DNA from: Clostridia bacterium
GTDB lineage: Bacteria; Bacillota; Clostridia; Christensenellales; UBA1242
Direction of reading: 5' to 3'
DNA length: 64,000 nt
Assembly: GCA_017936585.1 (NCBI GenBank)
Contig: JAGBFI010000016.1
Coordinates: 31,577-95,576, forward strand
Of this stretch, positions 63,820-64,000 are shown one piece after another. Each line of letters opens with the position of its first letter. The first letter of the stretch is position 1. Under the pieces are notes generated by a model, which worked only from the letters and a program-made list of their open reading frames with translations, ran no database searches and was not told the DNA's origin. The position numbers and the translations under genes were made by a program.

Positions 63820-64000
63820 ATGAAGAAATTATTAAATTCATTTATTTTAATAATTTGTGGAATCTTCCTCACCTTAGGTTGTGGAATTTTATTATCGGCT
63901 TGTAACCCTGACAGTGGTCGGGGGGGGGTGCCCCTGACCAGCCTTCAGTAAGTCAGCCGGGGGATTTGGAAACGCCGGAGCAAGGAGATGACACTGAAAC
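63820..64000 (+). CDS. lipoprotein gene 5' end, frame broken at a G9 tract (OFF as sequenced; +1 G restores an ORF that runs off the window)
   Basis: ATG 63820 gives MKKLLNSFILIICGIFLTLGCGILLSACNPDSGRGG, then VPLTSLQ* (stop 63949-63951). With G10 the frame reads ...GRGGGAPDQPSVSQPGDLETPEQGDDTE... and stays open to nt 64000. Confidence 0.5.
63920..63928 (+). repeat. poly-G homopolymer (G9) inside the lipoprotein coding region
   Basis: Read directly as ggtc-ggggggggg-tgcccc. It is the only G or C run of this length I found in the window. Confidence 0.95.

Noticed and set aside
62743-64000. RadC plus the giant gene as evidence of an ICE or prophage
   Set aside because: No recombinase, relaxase, T4SS or phage structural genes are in the window, and radC is also a normal backbone gene in Firmicutes. 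The giant gene is called an accessory insertion from synteny only, not a demonstrable mobile element.

Overview
Chromosomal window from an AT-rich, low-GC Firmicutes-type bacterium. Gene order and sporulation remnants look Clostridia-like: rpmE-DUF1385/prmC-prfA, glmU-like-pth-mfd, DUF421+DUF4363, a SpoIIQ-like M23 protein and spoIIID. The genetic code is standard, with TGA, TAA and TAG all used as stops. I can support 47 protein-coding genes (8 on the minus strand), one tRNA-Glu(UUC), a set of clear rho-independent terminators and a few near-consensus sigma-A promoters. I see no rRNA, CRISPR array, transposase, integrase or phage genes. The first ~42 kb are mostly housekeeping (secA tail, rpsF-ssb-rpsR, rpmE, prmC, prfA, queH, lepB, hup, rubrerythrin, cysS, recD2, a P-type ATPase, a cca-family enzyme, pth, mfd, acpP), interspersed with lineage-specific envelope and hypothetical genes. 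The outstanding feature is one uninterrupted 19,749-nt gene (42994-62742, 6,582 aa, about 31 percent of the window). It has an N-terminal lipoprotein signal, Ig-like stretches, at least seven diverged GLUG-type beta-helix modules, a Gly/Asn-rich low-complexity segment and a Trp-rich C-terminal domain. It has no sortase, S-layer or C-terminal membrane anchor. It sits behind about 100 bp of helically phased A/T tracts and a near-consensus promoter, wedged between spoIIID and a radC-like gene. Just downstream, a second lipoprotein gene with a related signal peptide is broken by a G9 homopolymer, either a candidate phase-variation switch or a homopolymer sequencing error. Smaller oddities are a DUF1385-PrmC fusion, a doubly degenerate GlmU-like protein in the conserved glmU slot, a small Cys-tailed peptide divergent from an ArsR regulator, and recurrent Lys/Glu-rich tails on membrane proteins. 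All homology statements come from motif recognition by eye. No database search was run.
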